Origin: Ostreococcus lucimarinus
Lineage: Eukaryota
Strand: one strand, 5' to 3'
Length of the DNA stretch: 64,000 bases
Assembly (NCBI GenBank): GCA_000092065.1
Contig: CP000590.1
Below, piece by piece: positions 30,301 through 39,597 of this stretch. The stretch's first letter is position 1; the number at the start of each line of letters is the position of its first letter. Below the pieces are notes generated by a model. It worked only from the letters and a program-made list of their open reading frames with translations, ran no database searches and was not told where the DNA came from. Position numbers and translations under genes: made by a program.

Positions 30301-32135
30301 GTCTCGACCATTGCGCCGCGAAGGGCTTGGTTGGAGCACACCAACGCGTCCCTGAACTGAAACTCATCTCGCGCCCCGTCTCGAAGGTCACGCAAAATTT
30401 GCGCGCACGCGCCTTCACCCTGCGCGGCGCGAGTTTCCTCGTCCTCTTCTTGCGCGGCGGCGTGTACGGCGCGGCTCTGTGCAGCCTCAACGACTTCCGG
30501 ATTGACTGTCGCAAACTGTTCCGCTTCAGTCGGTCTGGGAACTCGTCGACGACGACGACGACGCGCCGTCGGCGGCGCGACGTCGCCCTGTCGAACGACG
30601 ACTGTCTCGCCGTACTCTGTCGTGTGCGTCGCCACGCCAGGACGCGACGTCGATGGCTCGCGCGTTCTGCGTTCAATCCGATCTCCGTCGTCTTCGTGCA
30701 CGGCATCAACGACGTGACGTTGTTCCCGAGGTACGTGAACAAAGTCTGCGCCAGACGCGCCTTCGTCGTCGGAACGCCACTCTTCGTCCTCGCGGCGATC
30801 AGGAGCGGGTCCATAATCCGTCCGCGCGCGCTTCTGTTTTGGCACACGTTGCGCGACCGACCCTTCGCGCGCCGTCGACGTCGCCGCGTAGGATCGAACG
30901 TGCCCGGTGACGTGATCCGAACGCGGCGGCGCTGCGACCATCGCGACGTCGACCGGCTCGGCATCGCGCGCGACGACGTCCGGCGTGGTGGCAGTTTCGA
31001 CATCACCCTCGCTGTCGGAAGAATTCAACTCAGAACCATCTGAACTTCCATAGCCATCTAGTTGCTGCGCGCCGACGCGGGCACCGCGAGTACCGCGCGC
31101 CCTAGATCGACCGCCGCGTCGCCGCGCGTTCGAGCCGGTTTCGGCGGCTTCGGCGGCGCCGTCGGATTGATCGCCTTCGTCGTCACCATCGGCGCCTCGA
31201 TCCCCATCGGTAACGAGATCACCGAACGCCGCGCGCACACTCGCCGCGACTTTTGCGCGCAAGGCGATGGCTTGCGCCTCTTTGTTCGAGCGCGCGCCGA
31301 AGAGTCCCGGAATGGTGCCGCGACCGCTTCCGCCGCCGCCACCCGCCGCGGCGGGATCACGCTGTCTTCGCTGCCGTTCCGTGTACGCCGCGGGCAAGTC
31401 CAACATCGGCGGTGCGTCTCGCCCACTCACGATGGCGGTCGTGATCAAGTAATGCGCCACCGACGGCCACCCGTACGCCAAAGCCTCGCCCGTCAACTGT
31501 TGCGTCGGGAACAAATTCCGCTTCGCCCGCAAGCAATTCGCCCCGCTACAATTGCATATATCCCGACACACCGGACACCGCCACTCCGCATCCGCCATCG
31601 CCTCGTCCAAATTTTCCCCCACGCGCATCTCCAGGCACCACCCGCACCACGTCCCTCGCCCCCGTCCTCCCTCCGGCGCTCTCCGCCACGTTCCGCACAC
31701 GCACGTCGTCTTCGCGTCCGTCGTCTTTTGTCTACAAAAGTGGCACGTCGTGCACTCTCGACACCCCGCGTCGTGCACGTCCTTGCACCACGTCTTACTC
31801 CCGCGCGCGTCTCGTCGCCACCGTCGCTCGCACCCGTACAACCGATCGTAGTGCGACATCGTGTAGTGTTCCCTCGTCTCGCCCTGCGCCGCGCGCAGCG
31901 CCGCGAGTTCGGGTCCGATCGTCCCGACGCGCGCGCCCTCGCGCGTCGTCGTCGCCGTCGTCGCCGACGCGCTCGCGATTCGCGACGCCGCCGCGTCGCG
32001 CGTCGTCGTCGTCGTCGCCGTCGCGGTTCGTCCGTCGTCGTCGCTCGCGCTCGCGTCGCTCTCCGCGCCGGCGTCGCTCGCGTCCGAGTCCTCGAACGCG
32101 TCGCCCCATCCGAGGTCGTCCGCGACGTCGCGCAT
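27351..32135 (-). CDS. Large (1,595 aa) protein with an N-terminal CDCA7-type zf-4CXXC_R1 zinc finger and a C-terminal OB-fold-like domain
   Basis: ATG at 32135 (MRDVADDLGWGDAFEDSD...). The zinc finger is CRECTTCHFCRQKTTDAKTTCVCG...GTWCGWCLEMRVGENLDEAMADAEWRCPVCRDICNCSGANCLRAKR (a 4CXXC pattern as in CDCA7/JPO1). The middle is long and helical, ARM/HEAT-like. The C-terminal end FDMLFVTLCDHAGDELRVQLIGASAKKCAAALDVDGMPSDIPLGFVGLKAKGAMAWDPKETASLVV has an RPA/SSB-like OB pattern. The first 93 track codons translate the 43-bp minisatellite and are not coding. Confidence 0.55.
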   Translation of the reverse strand: MRDVADDLGWGDAFEDSDASDAGAESDASASDDDGRTATATTTTTRDAAASRIASASATTATTTREGARVGTIGPELAALRAAQGETREHYTMSHYDRLYGCERRWRRDARGSKTWCKDVHDAGCRECTTCHFCRQKTTDAKTTCVCGTWRRAPEGGRGRGTWCGWCLEMRVGENLDEAMADAEWRCPVCRDICNCSGANCLRAKRNLFPTQQLTGEALAYGWPSVAHYLITTAIVSGRDAPPMLDLPAAYTERQRRQRDPAAAGGGGGSGRGTIPGLFGARSNKEAQAIALRAKVAASVRAAFGDLVTDGDRGADGDDEGDQSDGAAEAAETGSNARRRGGRSRARGTRGARVGAQQLDGYGSSDGSELNSSDSEGDVETATTPDVVARDAEPVDVAMVAAPPRSDHVTGHVRSYAATSTAREGSVAQRVPKQKRARTDYGPAPDRREDEEWRSDDEGASGADFVHVPREQRHVVDAVHEDDGDRIERRTREPSTSRPGVATHTTEYGETVVVRQGDVAPPTARRRRRRRVPRPTEAEQFATVNPEVVEAAQSRAVHAAAQEEDEETRAAQGEGACAQILRDLRDGARDEFQFRDALVCSNQALRGAMVETDSGIVVDESELRAFCALVVRIARVAPRTPAGLQIISDARETLADPETFRAHQSTARAVVLRALLRCSDHAAYQGVHVGESLIQLLTLLAELGQEYCMIREYIQAKSGETPPELPTYIQASIHELAAVDAEGENQTTKEDQVALLLLERLEAAHVLLYASMAALRRSVRGPPLAGREELFCPTLAAFLDPSYPFKVKLRKQALRLIAAAVTAATRDWGDPKSPETLALAKNASEHIWPALSNLLALDFPARSNSPVTTVGGSGVTRAAIEGSARLIALLLRSGVWTWSQAETAVVAPHTPATFWRLAGAPYRAFAYRLYSRLLDVTPIYYGGIGAPLLKLWVLATMDPAAGESGATGISRARARITRAAKRHPILFPAFPASEKLEGCDKSDNASLHKRARWVAEVLHQAATTAVSPKVRVSAVAASNAFWDALPCREAEVRGKHSESAFMGASALILTTAVSHLSDAFLAPPPPKLVPMLCKTVELSSTRGGRQSEARAETLAHAMLTVALKFDPRDVTMLTTLVAILHETMERPRATDADDAIGAIWAALDATDSLHVSLGIASEKVVALREFVITSCAKRSIERARYTASSKAGTQAAKGWALALALLTKKSSEATWLRALMPSILDALQPPAVAIGKSAAPPPISTSDTSIRAALYRLLIDAVTHHPDLTARVDGDVVASTEPENVFFIAIMRAAIGEIAYALGGAEQSKGFMPLSEMDRNAAGRRLRGVLGATPSATTHALEEVYRSFKPPVETLADARETDVEQASPTATAVAALKFISAFAISTPAATRLVKTHVLSPIKAAMKRKESHARRALVSHVNDLWAGVGLIQHSSKENTVPLSAPPTPAAKRLEIPQAAWPAGAAEPCAFASIASKPPGTSINVIGQLIKREPANGVAVKENPKTGKKFDMLFVTLCDHAGDELRVQLIGASAKKCAAALDVDGMPSDIPLGFVGLKAKGAMAWDPKETASLVVNPATA

Positions 32136-32185
32136 CGCGTCGCGCAGTCGCGCGGCTGTCGCGACGGATTCGAATCGCGCGCGCG

Positions 32186-32400
32186 CCGACCGACCGCGAT
32201 TCTGACTGTTCGCGCATACGACACGCGACCGACCGACCGCGATTCTGACTGTTTGCGCATACGACACGCGACCGACCGACCGCGAGTCTGACTGTGTGCG
32301 CATACGACACGCGACCGACCGACCGCGATTCTGACTGCGTGCGCATACGACACGCGACCGACCGACCGCGATTCTAACTGTTTGCGCATACGCACGACGC
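32186..32400. repeat. 43-bp minisatellite, about 5 tandem copies
   Basis: The unit cgaccgaccgaccgcgattctgactgtttgcgcatacgacacg is repeated with a few substitutions (gattct/gagtct/gattcta; tgttt/tgtgt/tgcgt). It lies in the 366-bp divergent spacer between the zf-4CXXC gene (ATG 32135, minus) and TrpG (ATG 32501, plus). Confidence 0.85.
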
Positions 32401-32500
32401 GGACCATTATCCAAACCTCGCGCCGTCGCGCCGTCGCGACGCGCGCGCGCGCCACGCGGCGACGCCGCCGAAGGACGCGACGCGAGGACGCGCGCGGACG

Positions 32501-33265
32501 ATGGCGACGGTTCGCGCGGCGACGCCGACGACGCGCGGAGCGACGACGGCGACGCGGACGACGACGACGACGACGACGACGCGATGGACGGGACGACGAC
32601 GACGCGCGGGCGCGGCGGCGCGCGCGACGCGCGAGGACGCGGCGCGACCGGTGGTGATCATAGACAACTACGATAGCTTTACGTATAATCTGTCGCAGTA
32701 CCTCGGGGATTGCGGGTGCGCGCACGCGGTGTATAAGAACGACGAGGTGACGGTGGAGGAGGTGCGCGCGATGCGGCCGCGCGGCGTGATGGTGTCGCCG
32801 GGACCGGGACGACCGGAGGACTCGGGGATCTCGCTGGACGTCGTGCGAGAGCTTGGACCGGAATTCGGCGTGTTCGGGGTGTGCATGGGACATCAGTGCA
32901 TCGGACAGGTGTTCGGGGGGGACATCGTGCGCGCGCCGACGGGGTTGATGCACGGCAAGTCGTCGCCGGTGACGCATCGAACGGATTTGGACACGGTGCT
33001 GAGCGGACTGCCGAGCCCGTTTCAGGCGGCGCGGTATCACTCGTTGGTGATATCGCGGGATAATTTTCCCGAGGATGCGCTCGAGGTGACGGCGTGGACG
33101 GAGGACGGGACCGTCATGGCGGTGAAGCACAAGGCGTATCCTTGGATTCAGGGCGTGCAGTTTCATCCCGAGTCCATCATCACCGAGAACGGGCTGTTGA
33201 TCGTGAAGAATTGGGTGAAAATGATCAACGACAGGGCGGCGGAATCGGAGTTAGCGCGCGCGTAG
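32501..33265 (+). CDS. trpG: Glutamine amidotransferase class I: anthranilate synthase component II / PabA (TrpG), presequence-bearing
   Basis: ATG at 32501. The presequence is MATVRAATPTTRGATTATRTTTTTTTTRWTGRRRR. Then VVIIDNYDSFTYNL...GVCMGHQCIG (catalytic Cys) ...GVQFHPES (His/Glu), giving a full TrpG/PabA fold. Confidence 0.75.
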   Translation: MATVRAATPTTRGATTATRTTTTTTTTRWTGRRRRAGAAARATREDAARPVVIIDNYDSFTYNLSQYLGDCGCAHAVYKNDEVTVEEVRAMRPRGVMVSPGPGRPEDSGISLDVVRELGPEFGVFGVCMGHQCIGQVFGGDIVRAPTGLMHGKSSPVTHRTDLDTVLSGLPSPFQAARYHSLVISRDNFPEDALEVTAWTEDGTVMAVKHKAYPWIQGVQFHPESIITENGLLIVKNWVKMINDRAAESELARA

Positions 33266-33545
33266 GCGCGGGAAAGAGCGCGGGAAAGAGCGCGGGAAGC
33301 GCGGGCGGAAATCTCGCTTCGCGAGCGCCGCGCCGCCATCGATTCGTCGCGCGTTTCCTTCGCGTTCACGAGCGTAATGGTACTTAATTCAAAAACCACC
33401 GCTTTACCCGCTCGCGTCGTCGCGACGCATCGCGCGCGCGCCCCGGCGTCGTCGAATCGCGCGCGCGTCTCGTCTCGCGTCCACCCTCGGTCGGCACCGC
33501 GGGTCGGCACCGCGGGTCCCGCACTTTTCCGCGCGTCCGCCCGCC

Positions 33546-34004
33546 ATGATCACCGCTCGATCGCTCGCCGCGCTCACGCGCGCGTGCGCGCGCACCGCGC
33601 GCGCGCCGTCGGCGTCCGCGTGCGCCCGTCACGCCGTCGTCGCGCGCGCGACGCCCCGCGCGCGCGCCTTCGCCGCCGGCGCGCCGTGGGCGAACATCGA
33701 CGTCAGCGCGCTCAAGGACATGCTCGACAGCGCGAGCGACGACGACACGATGTTCGTGGACGTGCGCGAGCGCGACGAGTGGGACGCCGCGCGATTGCCG
33801 CGATTCGAGCTCAAGCCGCTGAGCGCGGCGGGGGAGTGGTTGGAGACGCTGCCGAGGGATAAAAAGTTGGTCGTCATGTGCAAGGGAGGCGTGCGAAGCG
33901 AAAAGGCGTGCGCGGCGCTGGCGCAGTGCGGATACGACGATTTGGTGAACGTCGAGGGGGGGATCATGACGTACGCGCAGGCGTACGGGCTGCCGGCGCC
34001 GTGA
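33546..34004 (+). CDS. Single-domain rhodanese-like protein (sulfurtransferase/STR family), presequence-bearing
   Basis: ATG at 33546. FVDVRERDEW...LVVMCKGGVRSEKAC has the active-site Cys in a CxxGxR loop. The N-terminal 40 aa are R/A-rich. Confidence 0.6.
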   Translation: MITARSLAALTRACARTARAPSASACARHAVVARATPRARAFAAGAPWANIDVSALKDMLDSASDDDTMFVDVRERDEWDAARLPRFELKPLSAAGEWLETLPRDKKLVVMCKGGVRSEKACAALAQCGYDDLVNVEGGIMTYAQAYGLPAP

Positions 34005-34086
34005 GCTCGAGGCGAATTTTCTCGACCGGTTTTACGAGGCCGTTTAATATACAAACAAAACCGCTAATCGCTCTGCACTACGATCG

Positions 34087-34227
34087 CTACTGCTGAGGGC
34101 TAGGTCGTTCGCGGTGATCGCTCTGCGGCCACGGGGTTCCTATGGGCGTTCGTTCGGGGGCTTTCGGAAGGAGACACTCGTGCCAAATCTCAAACGAATA
34201 CGCGTAGCGCCCATCGCGATGTTTGCC

Positions 34228-34272
<45 letters not shown>

Positions 34273-34836
34273 CTGCGTGACTTTGACGTCCAACACGTAC
34301 TCGTCGAAGAGAAGGACGTTCTGGAAATAGTCCATTGTGTAGACGTCTTCGGTGTTGAAGTAATACTCCTCATTTTCGCTCGGGTCAGAAAATATCGCGC
34401 ACCGCTCGTCAATCGTCTTCGGCGTCGCGAACCGACCGCCGAATCGGCGCGTGTCTTCGCCGATCTCCGCCGTCGGCTCCGGCGCGTCTTCTTCTGCGTG
34501 AGCCGCTAACACGCTCAGCGTCGAACCTAGCGGTGCGTAGTAGTACGGCACATCGCACAGCATGTCCACCGAAAGCCCGGGCGTGAGAAGCTTGAAGAAT
34601 TGCTCGCCCGCGAACACCAAAGTGCGCGGCGGGATGTTCTCAAACGCGCGATCGAATTCTCCGCCCGTGAGCATGTCGCTCACCTTGACTTTTTCCTTAA
34701 ACTTTCCCTGGACCAACACTTGAAACGTGCACTTTTTCACCCGATAAAACTCGCTCGACGTCTTCGTGTGCGCGTCCTCCACGCCTTTAAATCGACACAC
34801 AATCTTCCCGCGGAACAACTCCGTCTCGAATTCCAT
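34087..34836 (-). CDS. Conserved hypothetical protein (protein-like 249-aa C-terminal region; start uncertain)
   Basis: ATG at 34836 (MEFETELFRGKIVCRFKGVEDAHTKTSSEFYRVKKCTFQVLVQGKFKEKVKVSDMLTGGEFDRAFENIPPRTLVFAGEQFF...). The composition is balanced. The 1.5 kb further upstream in the track ORF is A/R/S low-complexity and antisense to the SAL1-like gene, so it is not coding. Confidence 0.4.
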
Positions 34837-35506
34837 CGCGCTCTCCGTGTTCACCGGCGCGTTGGCGTCGATCGCGCTCGGCGCCTTCACCCCTCGACCG
34901 CGTTCGCTCTTCAGCACCGGTCCGCGTTCGGACGCCCATCCGTCGAGCGCCGTCGTCTTCGTCCGCGGGCTCGCGCGCACGAAAATCGGTCGGTGCGGCC
35001 ACGTCGTCGCCGGCGGCAGCGCGCATCGTCCCCGCGTCGCCGCCGTCGTCCTCCCGAACGATTCGCGCCCGACGGCGTCGCTCGCCGTCTCGTCTCGCCG
35101 CGCGCGCGCGTCGCCGCGCGCGCTCCAAAACGCCGCCGCGTTCCCGCCGCCGCTTCGCGTCGCCGCCGCCGCTGCGACGTCGCGCCACCGCCAACCGCGC
35201 GCGCGCATCCGCCCCAGCGCGTCGCTCGGGACGAGCAGCGACCAGAACACGCCCGCGCACGGCGCGAGGCACACCGCGACGTCGACGCGAAGCGCCGACG
35301 CGAGCGCGAGCGCGAGCACGAAGAGAATCAGCGTCCCGCACGCGACGTGCGACGTCCACGCGAGCGCGACGAGCGCGTCGCCGAGCGTGCGCGTCGCGGC
35401 GCGCGCCATCGCGTCGCGAGCGTCGCGCGGCGTCGCGCGCGCGCGCGTGTGCGGGCGAGACGGTTCGGTTCGCGCGCCCATCGGTCGGTCGGGACATCGC
35501 GACGCG

Positions 35507-36597
35507 ATGCGCGCGCGCGCCGCTCGAGCGCGCGTCGGCGTCGCGCGCGCGACGCCGCGCGATCGTCGCGCGCGACCGCGACCGCGCGCGGACGCCGAGG
35601 CGCGCTCGAACGGCGCGCGCGCGGCGAATGAACTTCCAACCGTCTTGCGAGAGGTTGACGACGCGGCGCGCGCGCTCGACGCGGCGCGCGCGGCGATCGC
35701 CGTCGCGATGCGCGCGCGCGGACGGAACGCCGTCGCGGAACGCAAGCGCGATTCGACGATCGCGACGGTGGCGGACGTCGCCGCGCAGGTGGCGTGCGCG
35801 AGGGCGCTGCGCGGCGGCGAGGGCGAAGATTTCGTGGGCGAGGAGACGACGCGAGCGCTGGACGGTGACGCCGACGTCGTGACGGCGATTTTGACGGCGT
35901 GTGGGGCGGGAGTGGACGAAACGGAGGCGAGGGAACGGCTGAGGGAGACGTCGGGGGGGATCGGGCGGTACTGGGTGTGCGATCCTCTGGACGGCACGAA
36001 GGCGTTCGCGGCGAGCGACGACGCGGATAAACAATACGTGCTCGGATTGGCGCTCATGAGCGACGTCGGGACGCCGGAGATCGCGGTGATGATAGCGCCG
36101 AAGTGGCCGGGCGGAGGATTGGAGGTGGTCGCCGCGCGCGGTCGCGGGTGTTTCGCTCGCTCGCGCGACGACGAGACGAGCGCGTTTCGGCGCGTTTCGT
36201 GCGCGCAGCCGAAAGCGTTGTCGGACGCGAACGTCGTCATTTCGGCGCACGAATCGTTCGAGTCTTTGCCGCTCGGCCGGGCGGGCGTGTCGCCGGCGCG
36301 GGTGCGCCGATTGTGTTGCGGGAGTCTGTGCAAATACGTCGACGTCGTCGCTGGCTCGTCGTCGATTTTTATTCAACACGCAAAGGAGGGCGGCGACGAC
36401 GCGTGCGTCAATTCTTGGGATCACGCCGCGGGTGTTTTATGCGCCGAAGAGGCTGGTTGTGTCGTGACGGATTTACACGGACGCTCGCTCGGGTTTCTCG
36501 GTCGCGACGGCGACAGACGGCGTTTCTCGCCGGGCGGCGGCGGCGTGATTTGTGCGGCGAAAAGCGTTCACGAGAACGTCGTGCGAGCATTTCGAGA

Positions 36598-36619
<22 letters not shown>
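35507..36619 (+). CDS. 3'(2'),5'-bisphosphate nucleotidase / inositol monophosphatase family (SAL1/HAL2-like)
   Basis: ATG at 35507. DFVGEE, WVCDPLDGTKAF (compare SAL1 WVLDPIDGTKGF) and NSWDHAAGVL (SAL1 IWDHAAG). Confidence 0.65.
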
Positions 36620-36642
<23 letters not shown>

Positions 36643-36677
36643 GTGGCTGTGTACGTAGTATCAATAGCTTAGAATGG

Positions 36678-38154
36678 CTAACACACGCTAAGATACGCCT
36701 GCGCACGTCTGAGCGACTGCGTGAGGTGCGGATGCTGGTTGATTTCATAGCGAATCGCCGCGCTCAGATTGTCGCGCTTTGACTCCAACCGCGAGATTAA
36801 GTGTGCGTACCGTTCACGCTCGTCATTCGATCGCTCGACGTTTTCATCCGTGCCTTCTCCGCCTTTACCAAGTTTTTCAAATCGTTGCGCCATCTTTTGC
36901 AAACTGCTCGTGCCGAGGAGCGCGCGTTCGTACTTTTCGTTTAAACGCGTGGTGGCGTCGACGCGAAGATAATCACGTCGATCGCTCAAGTCGGACATTA
37001 TCGCCGCGATTTTACCGTGCGCGTCTTGCGTTTCCAGATACTCTTTCTCCAGTGCGTCGAGCTTTGGTTTTAGGTCCGCCGTCGCTTTCTGCGCCTCCGC
37101 TAACCGTCTTCGCACGTCGCTCCGAGCGCGCTTCGCAGTCGCCACCATTTCAGCCTCTCGAGCTTCTTCGCCGTCGGCGTCGATTTTGGATTGAATCACA
37201 TCGCCTTTTGCGACGATTATCTCTCGACGCTTGACGCAAGACTCTACCTTCGCCGCGATGTTGCTTCGAGTCGATTCGAGTTTGTGCAAAACGACGGCGA
37301 GCTTGGCGTTTTCCTGCTTGGCGCTCGCCACCTCGCTGTTTCCTTTCGTCGGATCGAGCATGATTTGGGCGTGACGTTCAAACTCAATTCGTCTTTCGAG
37401 ATCTGCGATGGCTCGGTTGATGCGATCGGCGTCCAGATGCGCAGTTCGCACGGCTTCCTCGCGATTGGAAATTTCCACGCGCAACTTCAAATTCTCTCCG
37501 CTGAGCGCGTCGATCTCACCTGCGCGCGCGTTCTCGACTTCGAGCGATCGAATCGCATTTTCGCGCGCACTGGATTCTGTTTGCGCGATTTTCTCATCGA
37601 TTGCGCAAAGCTTGCGTCGTTGACGCTCGATTGTTTTGTTCATGGATTCGCATTCTTCGGCGTAACGACGCGAATTTCTCTCATGTCGATCCCGCTTCTT
37701 CGTCAGTACGTTGTTGTCTTGCACATGCCGGTCGAACTGTTCGATCGCATCTCGACATCGTTCCTCATGGGATACAATGACTTTTTGTGCTCTGAGCCAA
37801 ATCTCACGAAGCCGCCGACAGTTTTGTTCGTTCGACTTAATCTCGTTTCGTAAATGCGCAATTTGTGCCTCGAGCGGGCCAACGTGCTCGGGCGAGACAT
37901 CCCGCAACTTTTCGAGTGTCTTGTTAAGTGCGTCCATCTTTGAAGTGTTATTTTCGATTGCCTCGACGTTACGTGCGATTTCTCTTTCGCACGCGTCGAT
38001 GGCGACACGCCTCTCCGCAACGTTCTTCTCCACGTCAGCCAATCTTTCCCGAATTGTTGACTCTTCTCCCGAGCTGCGCAACATCTCAATCTTGGTTTTT
38101 GCAACTTTGTGCTTCACCACTGTTGATTCATTTCTCGCGACACGTGCGCGCTCT

Positions 38155-38199
<45 letters not shown>

Positions 38200-39488
38200 G
38201 TCGTCATCTTTTCTGCGACGTGCAATAACGCGCGCTCTTGGAGCTCGAAAAGCGCGTGCGTGTGCACCACGTAAGATTGATCGACACGTTCGATCTCGAC
38301 GTCGATTTCGTTCGCGCGGCGCTCCTCGCCGCGCGCGATCTCGTCGTGGTTTCTTGCGCCCAGTTGTACGGCATCACTTTGAGACTTCTTGTCGTCGATA
38401 GCCGCCCTTAAGGAAACGATGAGCGCATCCGCGACTTCAATATCTTTGTCTAGTCTGCTCAGCACTTCAACGTGCGTGCTTTGCGTCGCGTACGCGTCAA
38501 CGAGGCCTTCTTTCACGCCGTCGCGTTCAGCGTCGAGAAGGCGACACGATTCCTCCAGTTCGCGTACTTCTGTTCTACTCCGCTCTAGCATCTCGTCCTC
38601 TTTACCGACTTGCTGAAGCACAAACTTCCACCTCTTGCACGACGCGTCCATACTCGTGTTGATGCTCGAAATTGCATAGTCGCACGTTTCGATTTGCGCC
38701 TGAATCGCCGCCGCGTCTCGCTCAGCGTCTTCGGCGGCTTTGACGTTTTCGAGCGCCGCCGCTCTGGCGCGCTCCACGCACTCCTTCACGTATTTGATAC
38801 GAATCTCACGATTTAACCGCTCACGCTCGGCCGTGTCAACCATATCCGAAGTGACGCTCGCAATGCGTTGAATCACGGCCGTGACGCCTTCGCGATCTCT
38901 CGCCACGGCGCCGTCCTCACGCGTGGCGAGCGCCAAATCTTCCAACTCCACTCGACGTTTCATCGCGCGTCCACGCGCTTCCTCGAGCGCGCGCGCCGCA
39001 CCCTCAGCGTCGCGCTCAAACGCTTCAGTATCACGCTCGGCCGTTTCCCGCGCTTCCCGACAGCGTCGTCGCGTCTCGTCCGTCGACACCCACTCCGCGC
39101 GCGACCTCGCGAGCTCGCCTTGCAGCGCGTACAACTCCACGCCGACGTCCTCGCGCTCGCGCTTTGCCGCGCGCAGCGCGCGGTCGGCGTCGACTGACTT
39201 TTCATTCAACTCATGTAGCCTCGCTTCGAGCTGCGCGCGAAGCGAGGTTTGCGCCGCGCGCACGCGCGCCATCGCATCCGTCTCGACATCACGCATCTCG
39301 GTCCGCGTCACGTCGGCCTCGCGCCTCCCCCGCGCGCGTCGATTCGCGTCGACGCGCGTAGATTCACGTCGACGCGACGATTCGATCGACACGCGCGGCT
39401 CGCGCGGCGCGCGTCGCGGCGCGTCGCGTTCTCTCGTGCGCGCGCTCGCGTGACGGTTGGTGTAAATACGGAACGCCTTTTTTGGCAT
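36678..39488 (-). CDS. Long coiled-coil protein (936 aa); possibly CCDC39/CCDC40-like axonemal protein
   Basis: ATG at 39488 (ATGCCAAAAAAGGCG). It is almost entirely heptad coiled coil with no enzymatic motifs. The family assignment rests only on size and composition and is weak. Confidence 0.45.
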
Positions 39489-39597
39489 TTTCGGTCAAAG
39501 ACTGAGTCAACGACGACGCGGCGAACGCGGCGACGCGCTATTTATAGTCGCGCGCGACGCTCGCCGCGCGCGCGAGGCGATCGCGCGCGAAGAGCCG

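Noticed and set aside
32186-32400. Regularly spaced 43-bp repeats considered as a CRISPR array
   Set aside because: The units are directly contiguous with no unique spacers. The context is a eukaryotic divergent promoter, with no cas genes and no leader. It is a minisatellite.
31493-33166. 557-aa minus-strand ORF spanning the minisatellite and TrpG
   Set aside because: It translates the 43-bp tandem repeat (hence repeated SVGRVSYA.TVRIAVGRSRVVCA peptides) and the antisense strand of TrpG. It is not coding.
34787-36424. 545-aa minus-strand ORF
   Set aside because: It is antisense to the SAL1-like nucleotidase, which has WVCDPLDGT and WDHAAG motifs, and is R/D/A low complexity.
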